This document shows positions 45,322-55,329 of a stretch of 64,000 bases of DNA, piece by piece. The notes below the pieces were generated by a model, which made no database searches, had not been told where the DNA came from, and was given only the letters and a program-made list of their open reading frames with translations. Origin of the DNA: Candidatus Iainarchaeum sp. (GTDB taxonomy: Archaea > Iainarchaeota > Iainarchaeia > Iainarchaeales > VGJJ01); contig JACQJG010000009.1 of assembly GCA_016198125.1 (NCBI GenBank), positions 5,104 to 69,103 on the forward strand, read 5' to 3'. Each line of letters opens with the position of its first letter. The stretch's first letter is position 1. The position numbers were made by a program, and so were the translations under genes.

Positions 45322-46288
45322 ATGAACCCACGGCTGGTTTTGACTCGAGCACTCCCTGTACCGCCCAAAAGTAGCCCGCCAACACGATTACATAAACGGC
45401 CAGCCGTGACACAACGGCAACCGCAGCCGCCACAGGGGTTGGATATCCCAGAAATCCATACAAGAAGACCATGGCCGCCTCGCGCGCTCCAATGCCTGCG
45501 GGAAGCTGTGTAATTCCCCCAACAAACGCAATAGCCGCATTCACTGCAAAAATGAATCCAAAGGGAACGTCCACGCCATACGAAAGGAAAAAAAAGTAGG
45601 TGGAAAGAACTCCCACCACCCAGTTCAACAGTGTAAAGAAAATGACAGGGTACATGGAAGAATGTGAAATCATGGTTTTCCAGTCCGCGCGCACGGCATG
45701 TACCATCTTAAAACCTTTTGAAATCAAGCGGTGAAAAAAGCCTGTGCGCATATCACTCCCCGATTGAAGGCGCTGAAACCAGTGTTCCGGAAAAAGAAAG
45801 AATACAAGCACTGCAATGAGCGCGAATGCCATGAAAATGAAAAAGTTGTACGTCGAATCATATGGCAGTCCTTGGAGGAAAAAGAACAGGCTGAGCAGCG
45901 TGAAAAACAGCACGGTTCCTGTGTCCAATGCAAACTCAAATGACGAGACAGACAGTCCTTCTGTTTTTCCTGACCCTGTAACTTTGGAGAGTGCAAGGGC
46001 TTTCACTGGAATGTTTGCGCGTGAAGGCGCAAAGTGCGTGACAAATTTGTCTATGAATTGGATGCGCAGGCGCATCCAAAACCCCTGCACACGGTTGAAC
46101 GGTTTCAATAAATATTTCAGGCGCCAGGACAGTACAACAAAATTGAATAGGACAAATACAATTCCAAGAGCCAATAAAAAAGGGTTTTTTACGCGTACAA
46201 TTATGGAAAGGTCAATTCCTGCAGTCAAGATGAAGAGCGCGAACAACGCGATTCCAATGGCATAGGAAAGCAAAACGCGTTTTTTCAA
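45305..46288 (-). CDS. flippase-like membrane protein (UPF0104 / lysyl-PG-synthase TM-region family)
   Basis: Eight or so TM helices. The N-terminus MKKRVLLSYAIGIALFALFILTAGIDLS... and overall pattern are typical of this family, which is often linked to GT2 genes. Confidence 0.6.
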   Translation of the reverse strand: MKKRVLLSYAIGIALFALFILTAGIDLSIIVRVKNPFLLALGIVFVLFNFVVLSWRLKYLLKPFNRVQGFWMRLRIQFIDKFVTHFAPSRANIPVKALALSKVTGSGKTEGLSVSSFEFALDTGTVLFFTLLSLFFFLQGLPYDSTYNFFIFMAFALIAVLVFFLFPEHWFQRLQSGSDMRTGFFHRLISKGFKMVHAVRADWKTMISHSSMYPVIFFTLLNWVVGVLSTYFFFLSYGVDVPFGFIFAVNAAIAFVGGITQLPAGIGAREAAMVFLYGFLGYPTPVAAAVAVVSRLAVYVIVLAGYFWAVQGVLESKPAVGSFKRWP

Positions 46289-47958
46289 GCGGATTCCCTC
46301 AAATCGTACACGAAAACACCGCCATCCTTAAAAACAACAGGGTAGGAAAGCCCTGGCGACTCGGTGATATAATAGTCTGCGCCTTGCATGCCTTCAAACA
46401 CCACTTGATGGCCCTGGGCATTTACCACAATTGGAAACGCGTTTTTGTCAAACGCGTGCTGCGCCCAGTAGAACTTGAGGGTTCTTCCCACTTGGAATTG
46501 CCTGCACGCGCTGGGAATGACTTCAGGCTTTGAAAGATCGTCCAAGGAACGGTAAAGCAAGGGGTCTTTTACATAGGTAGTTTGGAGCAGGACAGGATCC
46601 ACTCCCACGCTGAATGGCGGTTCAAGCGTGTCCAGTTTTTCTGCGACTGCATAAAAACCATGGGGATAGGACTGGTTGCCTGCAAGCACAAACGCGTAGC
46701 CTGCAAAATAAGCCAAATAGGCAACGCCCAAAATTACAAGAACGTGCTTTGCGCGGTTGCCATAACGCCCTGCGATTTGCGCGCAAAGCAGGGAAAGAAA
46801 AACCGAAAACGGGAACAAGAATGCCAGGTAGACAAATTTTACTGCAAGGTACAATTGATGTACCTGTTTTTCTGCAATGCCCGGAATTCCAATGAGCATG
46901 TTAAATCCAAAGTAGGCCGCGCTTGCAACCATGACCATGCCAAGCGATACGCCAAATGCCAAAGGCACTGGCAGGGCTTTGTGTTTTGACTTCCTTAAGG
47001 CAAGCCCAATGAGAATAAATGCAAGGAACATCAAAAGCGGGGCAGGAGGCACTTTTATGCCTCCGCGCACAATGAGCAAATGCACGATTCCTTCCGGGGT
47101 AAAAAACCATTTCAGTAAGAGGCCTGCGAATTCCTGGAACACCAGAATGCCTCCTGCCAGCATCAATGCAAAGTGTTCAAGGGTTTGCATGCGCGGAACG
47201 CGCGCAAGAAAATGGTATGCAAACACGAATACCCCATACGCCATGTAAATGGGCGGATAGGCAAGCATGCCTGCAAACGAAAGCACGCGCAGCCCCTTGG
47301 AAGAAGGGCTTGAAACAAACAGGAACAGCGCGGCCACTGCAAAGAACTGGCCCATGAGCTGGGGCCCGAATCCTGCCTCGAGTGCATGCCACAGGGTAAT
47401 GGAAAAGCCCCCAATAAATGCGGCGCCAAAGGCAATCCTTTCATCGAAGAGCCTGCGTGCAACAAGAAACAGGCCGAGCACGGAAAGCAGGGTGAATGCA
47501 AGCATGAGCAGCGTATTCATGGTATACGTATTTGGAAGTGCATGGTACAGCATGGAAGCTGTGCCCAAATAGATTTGAGGATAGGCATGAACGTACACGC
47601 CTGGAATAAAGGAGGAAATGCCTGTAACATTGGGGTCAAAGTGGCCTGTTTTTGCATTCACGCGGACAGCCGCGGCATGATTCATTAAATCGCTGCACGT
47701 AACGGGAAAAATGCCGCTTGGAAGGGAAACCCACACAAGCAATGCGCCCAAAATTATAAATAGGAGTGCAAACCTCTTCCACTCTTTTACAGGCTGCGAT
47801 GAAAATTTTCCTGCAAGAACGGTTGCAACAACAAGGCCCAAAACAATGCCTGCAATGCTTGTACCAAAAGAAAGCAGTCCGGCATACCCAAGAAGAATGC
47901 CAATAACGCTCAAAACAGCAAAGAATGCGGTAAACCATATAAAGGCTTTTTCAAGCAT
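46285..47958 (-). CDS. large polytopic membrane protein with C-terminal soluble domain (possible GT-C-type glycosyltransferase or polymerase)
   Basis: Start at the ATG at 47958 (MLEKAFIWF...); the track extension to 48132 overlaps the divergent gene. More than 10 TM helices and a ~130-aa C-terminal domain. The family assignment rests on architecture and context only. Confidence 0.35.
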   Translation of the reverse strand: MLEKAFIWFTAFFAVLSVIGILLGYAGLLSFGTSIAGIVLGLVVATVLAGKFSSQPVKEWKRFALLFIILGALLVWVSLPSGIFPVTCSDLMNHAAAVRVNAKTGHFDPNVTGISSFIPGVYVHAYPQIYLGTASMLYHALPNTYTMNTLLMLAFTLLSVLGLFLVARRLFDERIAFGAAFIGGFSITLWHALEAGFGPQLMGQFFAVAALFLFVSSPSSKGLRVLSFAGMLAYPPIYMAYGVFVFAYHFLARVPRMQTLEHFALMLAGGILVFQEFAGLLLKWFFTPEGIVHLLIVRGGIKVPPAPLLMFLAFILIGLALRKSKHKALPVPLAFGVSLGMVMVASAAYFGFNMLIGIPGIAEKQVHQLYLAVKFVYLAFLFPFSVFLSLLCAQIAGRYGNRAKHVLVILGVAYLAYFAGYAFVLAGNQSYPHGFYAVAEKLDTLEPPFSVGVDPVLLQTTYVKDPLLYRSLDDLSKPEVIPSACRQFQVGRTLKFYWAQHAFDKNAFPIVVNAQGHQVVFEGMQGADYYITESPGLSYPVVFKDGGVFVYDLRESA

Positions 47959-48000
47959 AGTATGATAGTTTTGGCGTGCGAACTTAAAAAATGAAATGGT

Positions 48001-48711
48001 ATGAACGAAAAAGAGTTCTTTGAGGATTTTTACGCGCGCGGAAAAGACGCGTGGCAGATTTTTTCCAACCGCCTTAGAACCGAAAAATTCGAGCAGCGAG
48101 CCCAAACCATTAAAGGGCTGATTGAAAAACACGCCATTCAGGGCAAAGGACTTGACATTGGATGCGGAGAAGGATTCATCGAGGAACGGTTGGGGTTGAA
48201 AGTCATAGGATTGGAGATTTCACTGGAAGCCCTTAAGCGTGCGCGCAGGGAAAAGCGCATGCAGGACTGCGTGAATGCAAATGCTGTCCGCCTGCCGTTC
48301 AAAGACAAGGCATTTAATTTTATTTTACTGCTCGAAACGTTGTACTATCATGATGCCCGTGCCCTGCTCCAGGAAGCCCGGCGCGTGTGCAAAAAAAAAG
48401 GAAGAATTGTTTTGACCGTGGGAAACAAGAATGACGCGGGCCGTTTGCTGCGGCGCGCCTTTGGAAAACAGGATGAAGACATTATTTATTCTGCCAACAA
48501 AAAACAATGGGGGGAGAAAAAATATTCATTGCGCGAGCTGATGGAATTGGCGGAAATGCACGGATTTAAAGTGCTGGGCATAAAAGGCATTTTGCTTAAC
48601 ATTCCATGGATGCGGCGCAGTACATGGATGCGCAGGAATGTGTTATTTCCGCTTGGAAATGCATTCAAGCCGTGGGCAAGCCAGGTAGTGCTTGTAGGAG
48701 AGAAAAGATGA
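48001..48711 (+). CDS. class I SAM-dependent methyltransferase
   Basis: Contains GLDIGCGEGFI and FNFILLLETLYY. Confidence 0.7.
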   Translation: MNEKEFFEDFYARGKDAWQIFSNRLRTEKFEQRAQTIKGLIEKHAIQGKGLDIGCGEGFIEERLGLKVIGLEISLEALKRARREKRMQDCVNANAVRLPFKDKAFNFILLLETLYYHDARALLQEARRVCKKKGRIVLTVGNKNDAGRLLRRAFGKQDEDIIYSANKKQWGEKKYSLRELMELAEMHGFKVLGIKGILLNIPWMRRSTWMRRNVLFPLGNAFKPWASQVVLVGEKR

Positions 48712-50216
48712 AAGACCATTCCACGCTTTCAGTGGCACTCGCGCACTTCAGGTCCATGCAGGGAATGGCTTTGGAAAACCTGTTGGTGCAGGAAGGCATT
48801 GAATTTGAATCTGTACTTGAAGGGGTTGCGCCAAAGGCGGATTTAATCCTAAGCCCTGTGCACGTGAAAACGCAAGAGGCATCCCTCACGCCCTTGGAAG
48901 GTCCGGCCGTTCTCCGGCCGCTTAAATGGAAAGAACTCACGCTCTTAGCCCCTTACCCTGAAAGCCTTCCCCTTGAAGTAGACCGCGTGCTTTTGAGCGA
49001 CGAGCATGGAACGCCTTTGCTTGTACGCCAAGGAAAAGCATATTTTTTCCTGCCCCGGTTTTTGGAAGAGGTGGCGCGCGCGCATGCATTGGAGTCCATG
49101 GAATACCCTGTAGACGGTTGGCGGGCGTTTTTTTACGCGTGCCTGGATGCAGTGGCGCGCGATTTGAAATTGACTTTGGAATCAAAATGGTACTACCCTG
49201 AACCTGTTGAAATGGCCGCGTGCATTTCCCTGGACGTGGACCATGCAGGGCACTATGAAAACCTTTTGCATGCCGGTATGTGGAAGGCATCTTTGATTAA
49301 CGCGCTTCCATTCAAGGGCATGCTTGCACGCGCAGGCCGCAGGGTGAAGGGGATTGCACGCGTATTTCCAAGCGCACTTGATGTTGCCCAGGCAAACGGT
49401 TTTTCATGCACGGTTTTTTTCCGTTCAAGGGACCTGGAAGAGGAAGTCACGCACACCAAGCGGGGCGCGTATACAGTCAAAAAAGAAGTCCTGCACGGAA
49501 CCCATGAAGCAGGCCTGCATTTTGGATCAACGCTTGGAACATACTTGCAGGGCTACGTGGAACCGTTTTTGCATGGAGAGCCTTCTGCGCCTTGGGTGGA
49601 AAACATTCCCCCTGGAAAGGCAGAGCTCGAACGCGTGTTTGATTCCATTGAAGGAAGCCGCGCGCACCACAATCATTTATTTGTGCCGGAATCTTTGGAT
49701 AAAATCGAGGAAAGCGGGTTCACGTATGACTCTTCGCTGTATCCGGGAGTGCGCGTGCACCATGGAAAAAAGTGGTCTGAAGAAAAGGCATTGCATTCCA
49801 AGTGGCATTCTCCAAATGGGGTGTACTTTCCGTTTCACCCCCTAACTGAGGAAAAAAAATACGCCTTCAATGAATTTCCTGTAAGCGTGTTTGAAGAACA
49901 CCATTCTGTTCCTATTGAACATGCATTTGAACGTGCACGTGCATTGAATGGAGTGCTGGTTGCATTATATCACCCTCATTTGGATGTAAGAGGATTGTGT
50001 GCGTTTGCGCGCTGCGCAAAAAAGTGCAATGCATGGAAGACCACGCTCAACCGGGTAAGTGCCTGGGTGCAGGAACGCGAGCGCATGCCCCTATCCCGCG
50101 TTCCCTGGACGCGGATCGGGGGCCTTGTACAGGGGCTTGAACATGAAAAATTCGTGCGCGTTGGCGCGCATTGGTTGAAGGAAAACAAGCATGCAACATG
50201 GAGTGCCCCTTTGTGA
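48708..50216 (+). CDS. hypothetical protein, possibly polysaccharide-deacetylase-like (CE4-like)
   Basis: The ATG at 48708 overlaps the upstream stop (ATGA). His/Asp-rich blocks (SLDVDHAGH, SRAHHNHLF, ALYHPHLD) are reminiscent of metal-dependent carbohydrate esterases. Weak assignment. Confidence 0.3.
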   Translation: MKDHSTLSVALAHFRSMQGMALENLLVQEGIEFESVLEGVAPKADLILSPVHVKTQEASLTPLEGPAVLRPLKWKELTLLAPYPESLPLEVDRVLLSDEHGTPLLVRQGKAYFFLPRFLEEVARAHALESMEYPVDGWRAFFYACLDAVARDLKLTLESKWYYPEPVEMAACISLDVDHAGHYENLLHAGMWKASLINALPFKGMLARAGRRVKGIARVFPSALDVAQANGFSCTVFFRSRDLEEEVTHTKRGAYTVKKEVLHGTHEAGLHFGSTLGTYLQGYVEPFLHGEPSAPWVENIPPGKAELERVFDSIEGSRAHHNHLFVPESLDKIEESGFTYDSSLYPGVRVHHGKKWSEEKALHSKWHSPNGVYFPFHPLTEEKKYAFNEFPVSVFEEHHSVPIEHAFERARALNGVLVALYHPHLDVRGLCAFARCAKKCNAWKTTLNRVSAWVQERERMPLSRVPWTRIGGLVQGLEHEKFVRVGAHWLKENKHATWSAPL

Positions 50217-50827
50217 TCGCAAGCTTCCTTGCAGATGCTTTTGCTTCGTTCATTGAAGTGTATGGGTATCCTGCTATTTTCGTGCTCATGGCGTTGGAGT
50301 CCATGATTGCCCCTGTTCCAAGCGAACTTGTAATGCCCTTCGCAGGATACGTGGCCGCGCAAGGCAAACTGGATTTTGTTCTTGTAAACGTGTTTGCGCT
50401 TGGCGGCAGTTTACTGGGTTCGCTTGTCTCCTACTATGCGGGCAAAATCCTGGGCCGCAAACTTGTTGTTCAATATGGAAGATGGCTTGGGCTCAGGCCC
50501 AGGCATTTGGAGTGGACAGAAAAATGGTTTAACCGCCATGGTACTAAGACGGTTTTTATTGCGCGTTTCATTCCAGTGGTGCGCCACCTTATTTCCATTC
50601 CTGCGGGAATAAGCAGAATGGCATTGGGGCCTTTCCTGGCAATGACTTTGGTGGGAGCTACTCTTTGGAATGGGTTCCTTGCATACCTTGGAATGGCTTT
50701 GCGCGGGCAGTATGGGTTGATTGTCCAATACAGCGAAGCATTGGACATTTTAATCGTAATTTTGCTTTTAATCGCGCTTCTTTATGCATGGAAGAAGGTG
50801 CATGAAAAACGCAGCCCTGCACCTTGA
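50198..50827 (+). CDS. dedA: DedA-family membrane protein
   Basis: Contains YGYPAIFVLMALESMIAPVPSELVMPFAGY and FIARFIPVVRHLISIPAG, the DedA/SNARE-associated signature. Confidence 0.8.
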   Translation: MECPFVIASFLADAFASFIEVYGYPAIFVLMALESMIAPVPSELVMPFAGYVAAQGKLDFVLVNVFALGGSLLGSLVSYYAGKILGRKLVVQYGRWLGLRPRHLEWTEKWFNRHGTKTVFIARFIPVVRHLISIPAGISRMALGPFLAMTLVGATLWNGFLAYLGMALRGQYGLIVQYSEALDILIVILLLIALLYAWKKVHEKRSPAP

Positions 50828-50980
50828 GGCAAGAGCAGGAAAGGGCAATGGGTAGTGAGCCTATCCAATTTCAAAAAGTACAATCCCTGCCTGCCCCGCC
50901 TTGTGCAGTTTTATACAAAAGGCCCCTGCCAGGCATATAAACATAATGTTATATATGTAACAGAATAATATTAAAGTGTT

Positions 50981-51634
50981 ATGAGTTCAGTAGCACGGGT
51001 GGTTGAGCGGAATCTTGAAAGCGAGCCTTTCCTCAAGGAGGCCTTGGCGCGCAAAATCATTAATTATGGCGCGCTTGCGGTTGAACTGAAACAAGGGGTT
51101 GAACGGGAGGTAGGCAAACCCGTGCGCGTTCCTACTATTGCCATGGCCTTGCACCGGCTTGCAGAAAAGCACCGCGCGACAAGAAAATCATTCCGCGTGG
51201 GCTTGAAAAGCGAATTGAACATGAAAACAGGCCTGGTGGATGTAACCCTTGCAAGATCCCCTTCCCTCATCAACCGGGTGCGCGAGCTTTATGGAATTGT
51301 TGATTTCAAACAAGGGGATTTTTTGAACATCATTTGGGGCATGTATGAAGTGGGGATTATTTTGAATGACCATCACCTGGAAGACGCGCGAAAGATTCTC
51401 GCGCGGGAGGAAATCATCAACACCGAGCAGGATATGACAGCTGTTTTCATGCGCTTTGGAAAGGAATTCTTTTACACGCCCGGAGGTTTAAGCCGCATTA
51501 CAACAGAGCTGGCGTGGCATGGAATCAACGTGTATGAGGCTATTTCAACCATGACCGAGTTCACCATTCTTGTAAAGAAAAAGAATTTAACGCGCACATT
51601 CGAAGTGCTTGATGCACTTTTTGCAAAGAAATAG
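50981..51634 (+). CDS. hypothetical protein with possible N-terminal HTH-like and C-terminal ACT-like regions
   Basis: The N-terminus FLKEALARKIINYGALAVEL resembles a wHTH-type helix pair. The C-terminus GINVYEAISTMTEFTILVKKKNL resembles an ACT beta-alpha-beta unit. Both are pattern-level impressions only. Confidence 0.3.
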   Translation: MSSVARVVERNLESEPFLKEALARKIINYGALAVELKQGVEREVGKPVRVPTIAMALHRLAEKHRATRKSFRVGLKSELNMKTGLVDVTLARSPSLINRVRELYGIVDFKQGDFLNIIWGMYEVGIILNDHHLEDARKILAREEIINTEQDMTAVFMRFGKEFFYTPGGLSRITTELAWHGINVYEAISTMTEFTILVKKKNLTRTFEVLDALFAKK

Positions 51635-51658
51635 GCCTTGGCATAAAAAAACCAGTTT

Positions 51659-51753
51659 CCTTGTACCAAATGCTTTAAAACACTTGTAAGGCCCCTTGTT
51701 TAATATTCATTTGGTACGCTTTTACCAGCCGGAAGATGGCTTTTGGTACAACC
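51659..51753 (+). promoter_or_regulatory. promoter/leader with three GTACCAAA-type motifs, including a perfect 10-bp inverted repeat bracketing the TATA boxes
   Basis: GTACCAAATG at 51663-51672 and CATTTGGTAC at 51708-51717 are exact reverse complements. TATA-like GCTTTAAAAC (51672-51681) and TTTAATATT (51699-51707) lie between them. A third copy, CTTTTGGTACAACC, is at 51740-51753. A GGAGG box precedes the ATG at 51780. Confidence 0.45.
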
Positions 51754-51779
51754 GTGGATTTTAACAAGGAGGAGTCATA

Positions 51780-53084
51780 ATGCCATTGGATAACAAAAAT
51801 ATTTCTGCGCGCGTATGCATCATCGGCCTTGGATATGTAGGCCTGCCTCTTGCATGCCTGGCCGCGCGCAAAGGATTTGAAGTGAGCGGACTGGACATAA
51901 ATAACCGCACTGTGGAGCATGTGAATGCAGGAAAAAGTCCAATTGCAGACAAGCACCTTGAAAAAGAATTGGCAGACTTGAAAGGCCGCATTCATGCAAC
52001 CACAAACCCTGCAGAATGCCTGAGCAAAAACCAGATTATTGTAGTGTGCGTTCCCACTCCTGTGGACGAGAAATTCAACCCGGACCTTGAACCTGTAAAA
52101 AAGGCGTGCGAAACCATTGCCCTGCACCTTCAAAAAGGCCAGCTTGTTATTGTTGAGAGCACCGTGTATCCTGGAACCACTGAAGAAGTGGTAAAACCCA
52201 TACTTGAATCCAAGGGGCTTGTTGAAGGAAAGGATTTTGATCTTGCCTTTTGCCCTGAACGCGTGAACCCAGGCGACGAAAAATGGAACCTGGAAAAGAT
52301 TCCGCGCGTGCTGGGAGGATTTTCAGACAAGGGAACAGCGCGCGCACACTCGTTTTACGCCCAACTGTTGGGCGCGCCTATCCGCGTTATGCGTTCTGCG
52401 CGCGAAGCCGAGGCTGTGAAAATTCTTGAAAACGTTTTCCGGGACATCAACATTGCCATGGTCAATGAACTGGCCCGGTCGTTTGACCACTTGGGCATTG
52501 ATACGGTGGATGTCATTGAAGGCGCAAAAACCAAGCCGTTCGGGTTCATGCCCTTTTATCCAGGGCCCGGGGTTGGAGGCCACTGCATTCCGGTAGACCC
52601 CTATTATTTGATTGAAAAGGGAATGCTCAATGGTTTTAACCACCAGTTCCTTGTGCTTGCGCGCAAAATAAACAGCGAAATGCCCTTGTATGTAATAGAA
52701 CGCGTGCAGGAAGCCCTCAATGAATTTGAAAAAGGATTCAAGAACAGCAGGATTGGAGTGCTGGGCGTGACCTACAAGGGAAACGTAGATGATGTACGGG
52801 AAAGCCCTGCACTGAAAGTCATTGCCGAACTCCAAAAAAAAGGCGCCCTGCTCTCCATCTTTGACCCATGGACAACCGCTCAAAGTCATGTATCTTCCCT
52901 TGAAGAAGCGCTTAAGGAAAAAGATTGTGTGGTACTGCTTACCGACCACAAGGAATTCATTGAAATGCCTTTGGAAAAATTGGCCCAAGCCAAAGTAAAA
53001 AGCGTGGTGGATGCAAGGAATGTGTGGGACAAAGAAAAAGTAAAAGCACTTGGCATTCTGTATTTGGGAGTGGGCCGGAAATGA
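51780..53084 (+). CDS. nucleotide-sugar dehydrogenase (UDP-glucose/GDP-mannose dehydrogenase family; UDP-ManNAc/GlcNAc dehydrogenase-like)
   Basis: Contains VCIIGLGYVGLPLA and the catalytic Cys context GVGGHCIPVDPYYL. Length is 434 aa. Confidence 0.85.
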   Translation: MPLDNKNISARVCIIGLGYVGLPLACLAARKGFEVSGLDINNRTVEHVNAGKSPIADKHLEKELADLKGRIHATTNPAECLSKNQIIVVCVPTPVDEKFNPDLEPVKKACETIALHLQKGQLVIVESTVYPGTTEEVVKPILESKGLVEGKDFDLAFCPERVNPGDEKWNLEKIPRVLGGFSDKGTARAHSFYAQLLGAPIRVMRSAREAEAVKILENVFRDINIAMVNELARSFDHLGIDTVDVIEGAKTKPFGFMPFYPGPGVGGHCIPVDPYYLIEKGMLNGFNHQFLVLARKINSEMPLYVIERVQEALNEFEKGFKNSRIGVLGVTYKGNVDDVRESPALKVIAELQKKGALLSIFDPWTTAQSHVSSLEEALKEKDCVVLLTDHKEFIEMPLEKLAQAKVKSVVDARNVWDKEKVKALGILYLGVGRK

Positions 53085-54223
53085 AAATCCTTTATATCAA
53101 TGATACGTCTTACCCGGGCATAAACGCTGGAGCGATAAGGGCATACTATTTTTGCAGGTATTTGAGCGAATGGGGCAACGATATAACCCTTATCACTGAC
53201 AGGGAGAACAAGGAATTCCCGTGGAAAACAATAAAATTCAGTGGAAAATCCATTCCGCAAATCTTTCCCGGGTTTGGGTTTGTCCCGTCAATACTCAACC
53301 AGACGTTGAAGGAAACAAAAAAACAAAAATTTGACCTGGTTTTTGGGTCCATGCCTTTGTTCAGCTCCGGGTTGACGGCATACATCGTACACAAAATTGC
53401 ACGCATACCCCTGGTAATAGACGTCAGAGACCCGTTTATCAGAAGCATGTTCCAAGAAGAAAAAACAGCGGGCTACATTTACCAAAAATCGTTGAAAGGG
53501 AGGATCCTCAAACCGTTAGAGGCAAAAATATTTGGGGCTGCAAAAGAGATTATTGTAACCAACCCGGGAATAAAAAAAGAGCTGATGACCGTTCATAAAA
53601 TTCATGAAAAAAAAATTCGAGTGATTTACAACGGCTTTGACGAAAAGGGGTGGGAAAAAATAGAACCAAAAAAGTTTGTGAAAAAGACCCTGCTCGCTGC
53701 CGGAAGGATTACCACCGCAAAAAGTTTTGATGTCGTAATCGGGGCTTTGAAGGTATTGGGGGACGACTGGCAGTTTGTAATGTGCGGGGATGGCGATGCG
53801 GGAATACAAAAATTTTTGGATGCAGCAAAAAAAGAGGGGGTATCTGAAAAAGTCATTTTTGCAGGAAAACTCGCGCAACAAGAAGCCATCAGTTACACCA
53901 AGGGAGCCGATATCCTTGTTGCCAGCAACCAGTTGAACGATTCGCTGAAGTATGCCATTCCTGGCAGGACTTTTGAGTACATTGCTGCCGGCAAGCCCAT
54001 CCTGGCGATTTGGCCAAAAGGCGGCGATTTCGATGAATTCCTCACAAAGTTCGACTGTGGAAGAATAGTGGGAAGAGACCTGGAAGAGGTAAAAAAAACA
54101 ATCCTCTTCCTGTACGAGAACCGGAAAGAGCTGGGAGAAAACGCCCGGAAAGCGTCCAAAAATTTTACGAGAGAAGACCAGGCCAAGCAATTGATGCACG
54201 TTTTTGGGGAGGTCGTTTCTTGA
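53081..54223 (+). CDS. glycosyltransferase family 4
   Basis: The ATG at 53081 overlaps the upstream stop (ATGA). Contains MKILYINDTSYPGINAGAIRAYYF and GRTFEYIAAGKPILAI. Arg is encoded mostly by AGA/AGG, unlike flanking genes. Confidence 0.7.
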   Translation: MKILYINDTSYPGINAGAIRAYYFCRYLSEWGNDITLITDRENKEFPWKTIKFSGKSIPQIFPGFGFVPSILNQTLKETKKQKFDLVFGSMPLFSSGLTAYIVHKIARIPLVIDVRDPFIRSMFQEEKTAGYIYQKSLKGRILKPLEAKIFGAAKEIIVTNPGIKKELMTVHKIHEKKIRVIYNGFDEKGWEKIEPKKFVKKTLLAAGRITTAKSFDVVIGALKVLGDDWQFVMCGDGDAGIQKFLDAAKKEGVSEKVIFAGKLAQQEAISYTKGADILVASNQLNDSLKYAIPGRTFEYIAAGKPILAIWPKGGDFDEFLTKFDCGRIVGRDLEEVKKTILFLYENRKELGENARKASKNFTREDQAKQLMHVFGEVVS

Positions 54224-55329
54224 ATTCAACCACGTCAAAGGAACTTGTCAGGGAAGTGCTTGAAGAGTTAAGCCCGTTAAGGCAAAAGGAGGGAAACTAT
54301 TTTGACCCTGTTTACACGGGTTTGGAAAGGCAAAGACCTGTTGCTGAAATAGCAAAAGCCCTTCATGTCTCCGGGAAAAAAAAAGAGGCGGAGAAAAGCC
54401 TTGACTGGGTGGTTGGCGTGCAAAACCAGAATGGTTCGTGGAACGAGGTTTTGCCTGGAATAACGGCTGAGAGCAGCGTGGACACTTCGATTATTGGCAG
54501 AATCGTTTTGATGGCTTACAACAAAACAGGCAAAAAAAGTTACCTTAACGCCGCCCTGAGAGCGGGGCAGAATGTTTTGAAAAAAGAAATCGGCTACGGA
54601 AAGTTCATCAAGTCATTCCACCATTATGGGGACGTGCTGAATGTCAGCGCAAACTGCGCCGCCTTTTTTTACGCGCTTTTCCTGCAAACAAAGGACAAAG
54701 GTTTTTTGGATGCACGGGACAGGGCTGTCTTTAACTGCTGCAAATGGCAGTTCAAGGACGGAAGTTATCCCTACATGGGGAGCGAACGGGCTTATCCCTA
54801 TGAAAACCATTTTCATGTGCCCGACCCGCACTACCACGCAATAACATTGTATTACCTTCTCCTAAGCGACCCCCGCCTTGAAAACCCTTACCTGAAAATT
54901 TCGGCCGAAAAAGCCGTTAAATGGCTGGAATCCGTTCTGCACCCGAATGGGTGGGATTGGAGCAAGGGAAAACTGGTTTTTTCCCTTGGCTTTACTGCAG
55001 GTTATGCATATGCCGCTTATTGTTTTGATTTTTTCGGAAAAGAGGAACAAAAAAACATTTGCCTGAACAAGCTGCCGGAATTCAGGATGAAATACGGATT
55101 CGGCTTCTGGGAGGAAGCAAGAATAAACGAAACAATCAAGGGCATTGCATCGGAATTGTTCAACTTGGACTGGAAAACCCAATTGAATTACCCTTTTCCC
55201 GTCAGGTTGTGGAGGGCAAAGCAGATAATAAAAGGCCAGCTTTTTTTGAGGAAAAAAAAGGAGTTTTCGTTGTATTTTACTCCGCAGATACTGGATTGCC
55301 TGACGGAAAATGAGTGGAGGCATTCCTAA
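54220..55329 (+). CDS. alpha/alpha-toroid-like repeat protein (prenyltransferase/terpene-cyclase-like or glycan-modifying fold)
   Basis: Repeated W/Q-x-x-x-G-S-W type elements (VQNQNGSWNEV, WQFKDGSYPY, LHPNGWDWSKG). The TTG start overlaps the upstream stop (TTGA). Confidence 0.35.
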   Translation: MNSTTSKELVREVLEELSPLRQKEGNYFDPVYTGLERQRPVAEIAKALHVSGKKKEAEKSLDWVVGVQNQNGSWNEVLPGITAESSVDTSIIGRIVLMAYNKTGKKSYLNAALRAGQNVLKKEIGYGKFIKSFHHYGDVLNVSANCAAFFYALFLQTKDKGFLDARDRAVFNCCKWQFKDGSYPYMGSERAYPYENHFHVPDPHYHAITLYYLLLSDPRLENPYLKISAEKAVKWLESVLHPNGWDWSKGKLVFSLGFTAGYAYAAYCFDFFGKEEQKNICLNKLPEFRMKYGFGFWEEARINETIKGIASELFNLDWKTQLNYPFPVRLWRAKQIIKGQLFLRKKKEFSLYFTPQILDCLTENEWRHS

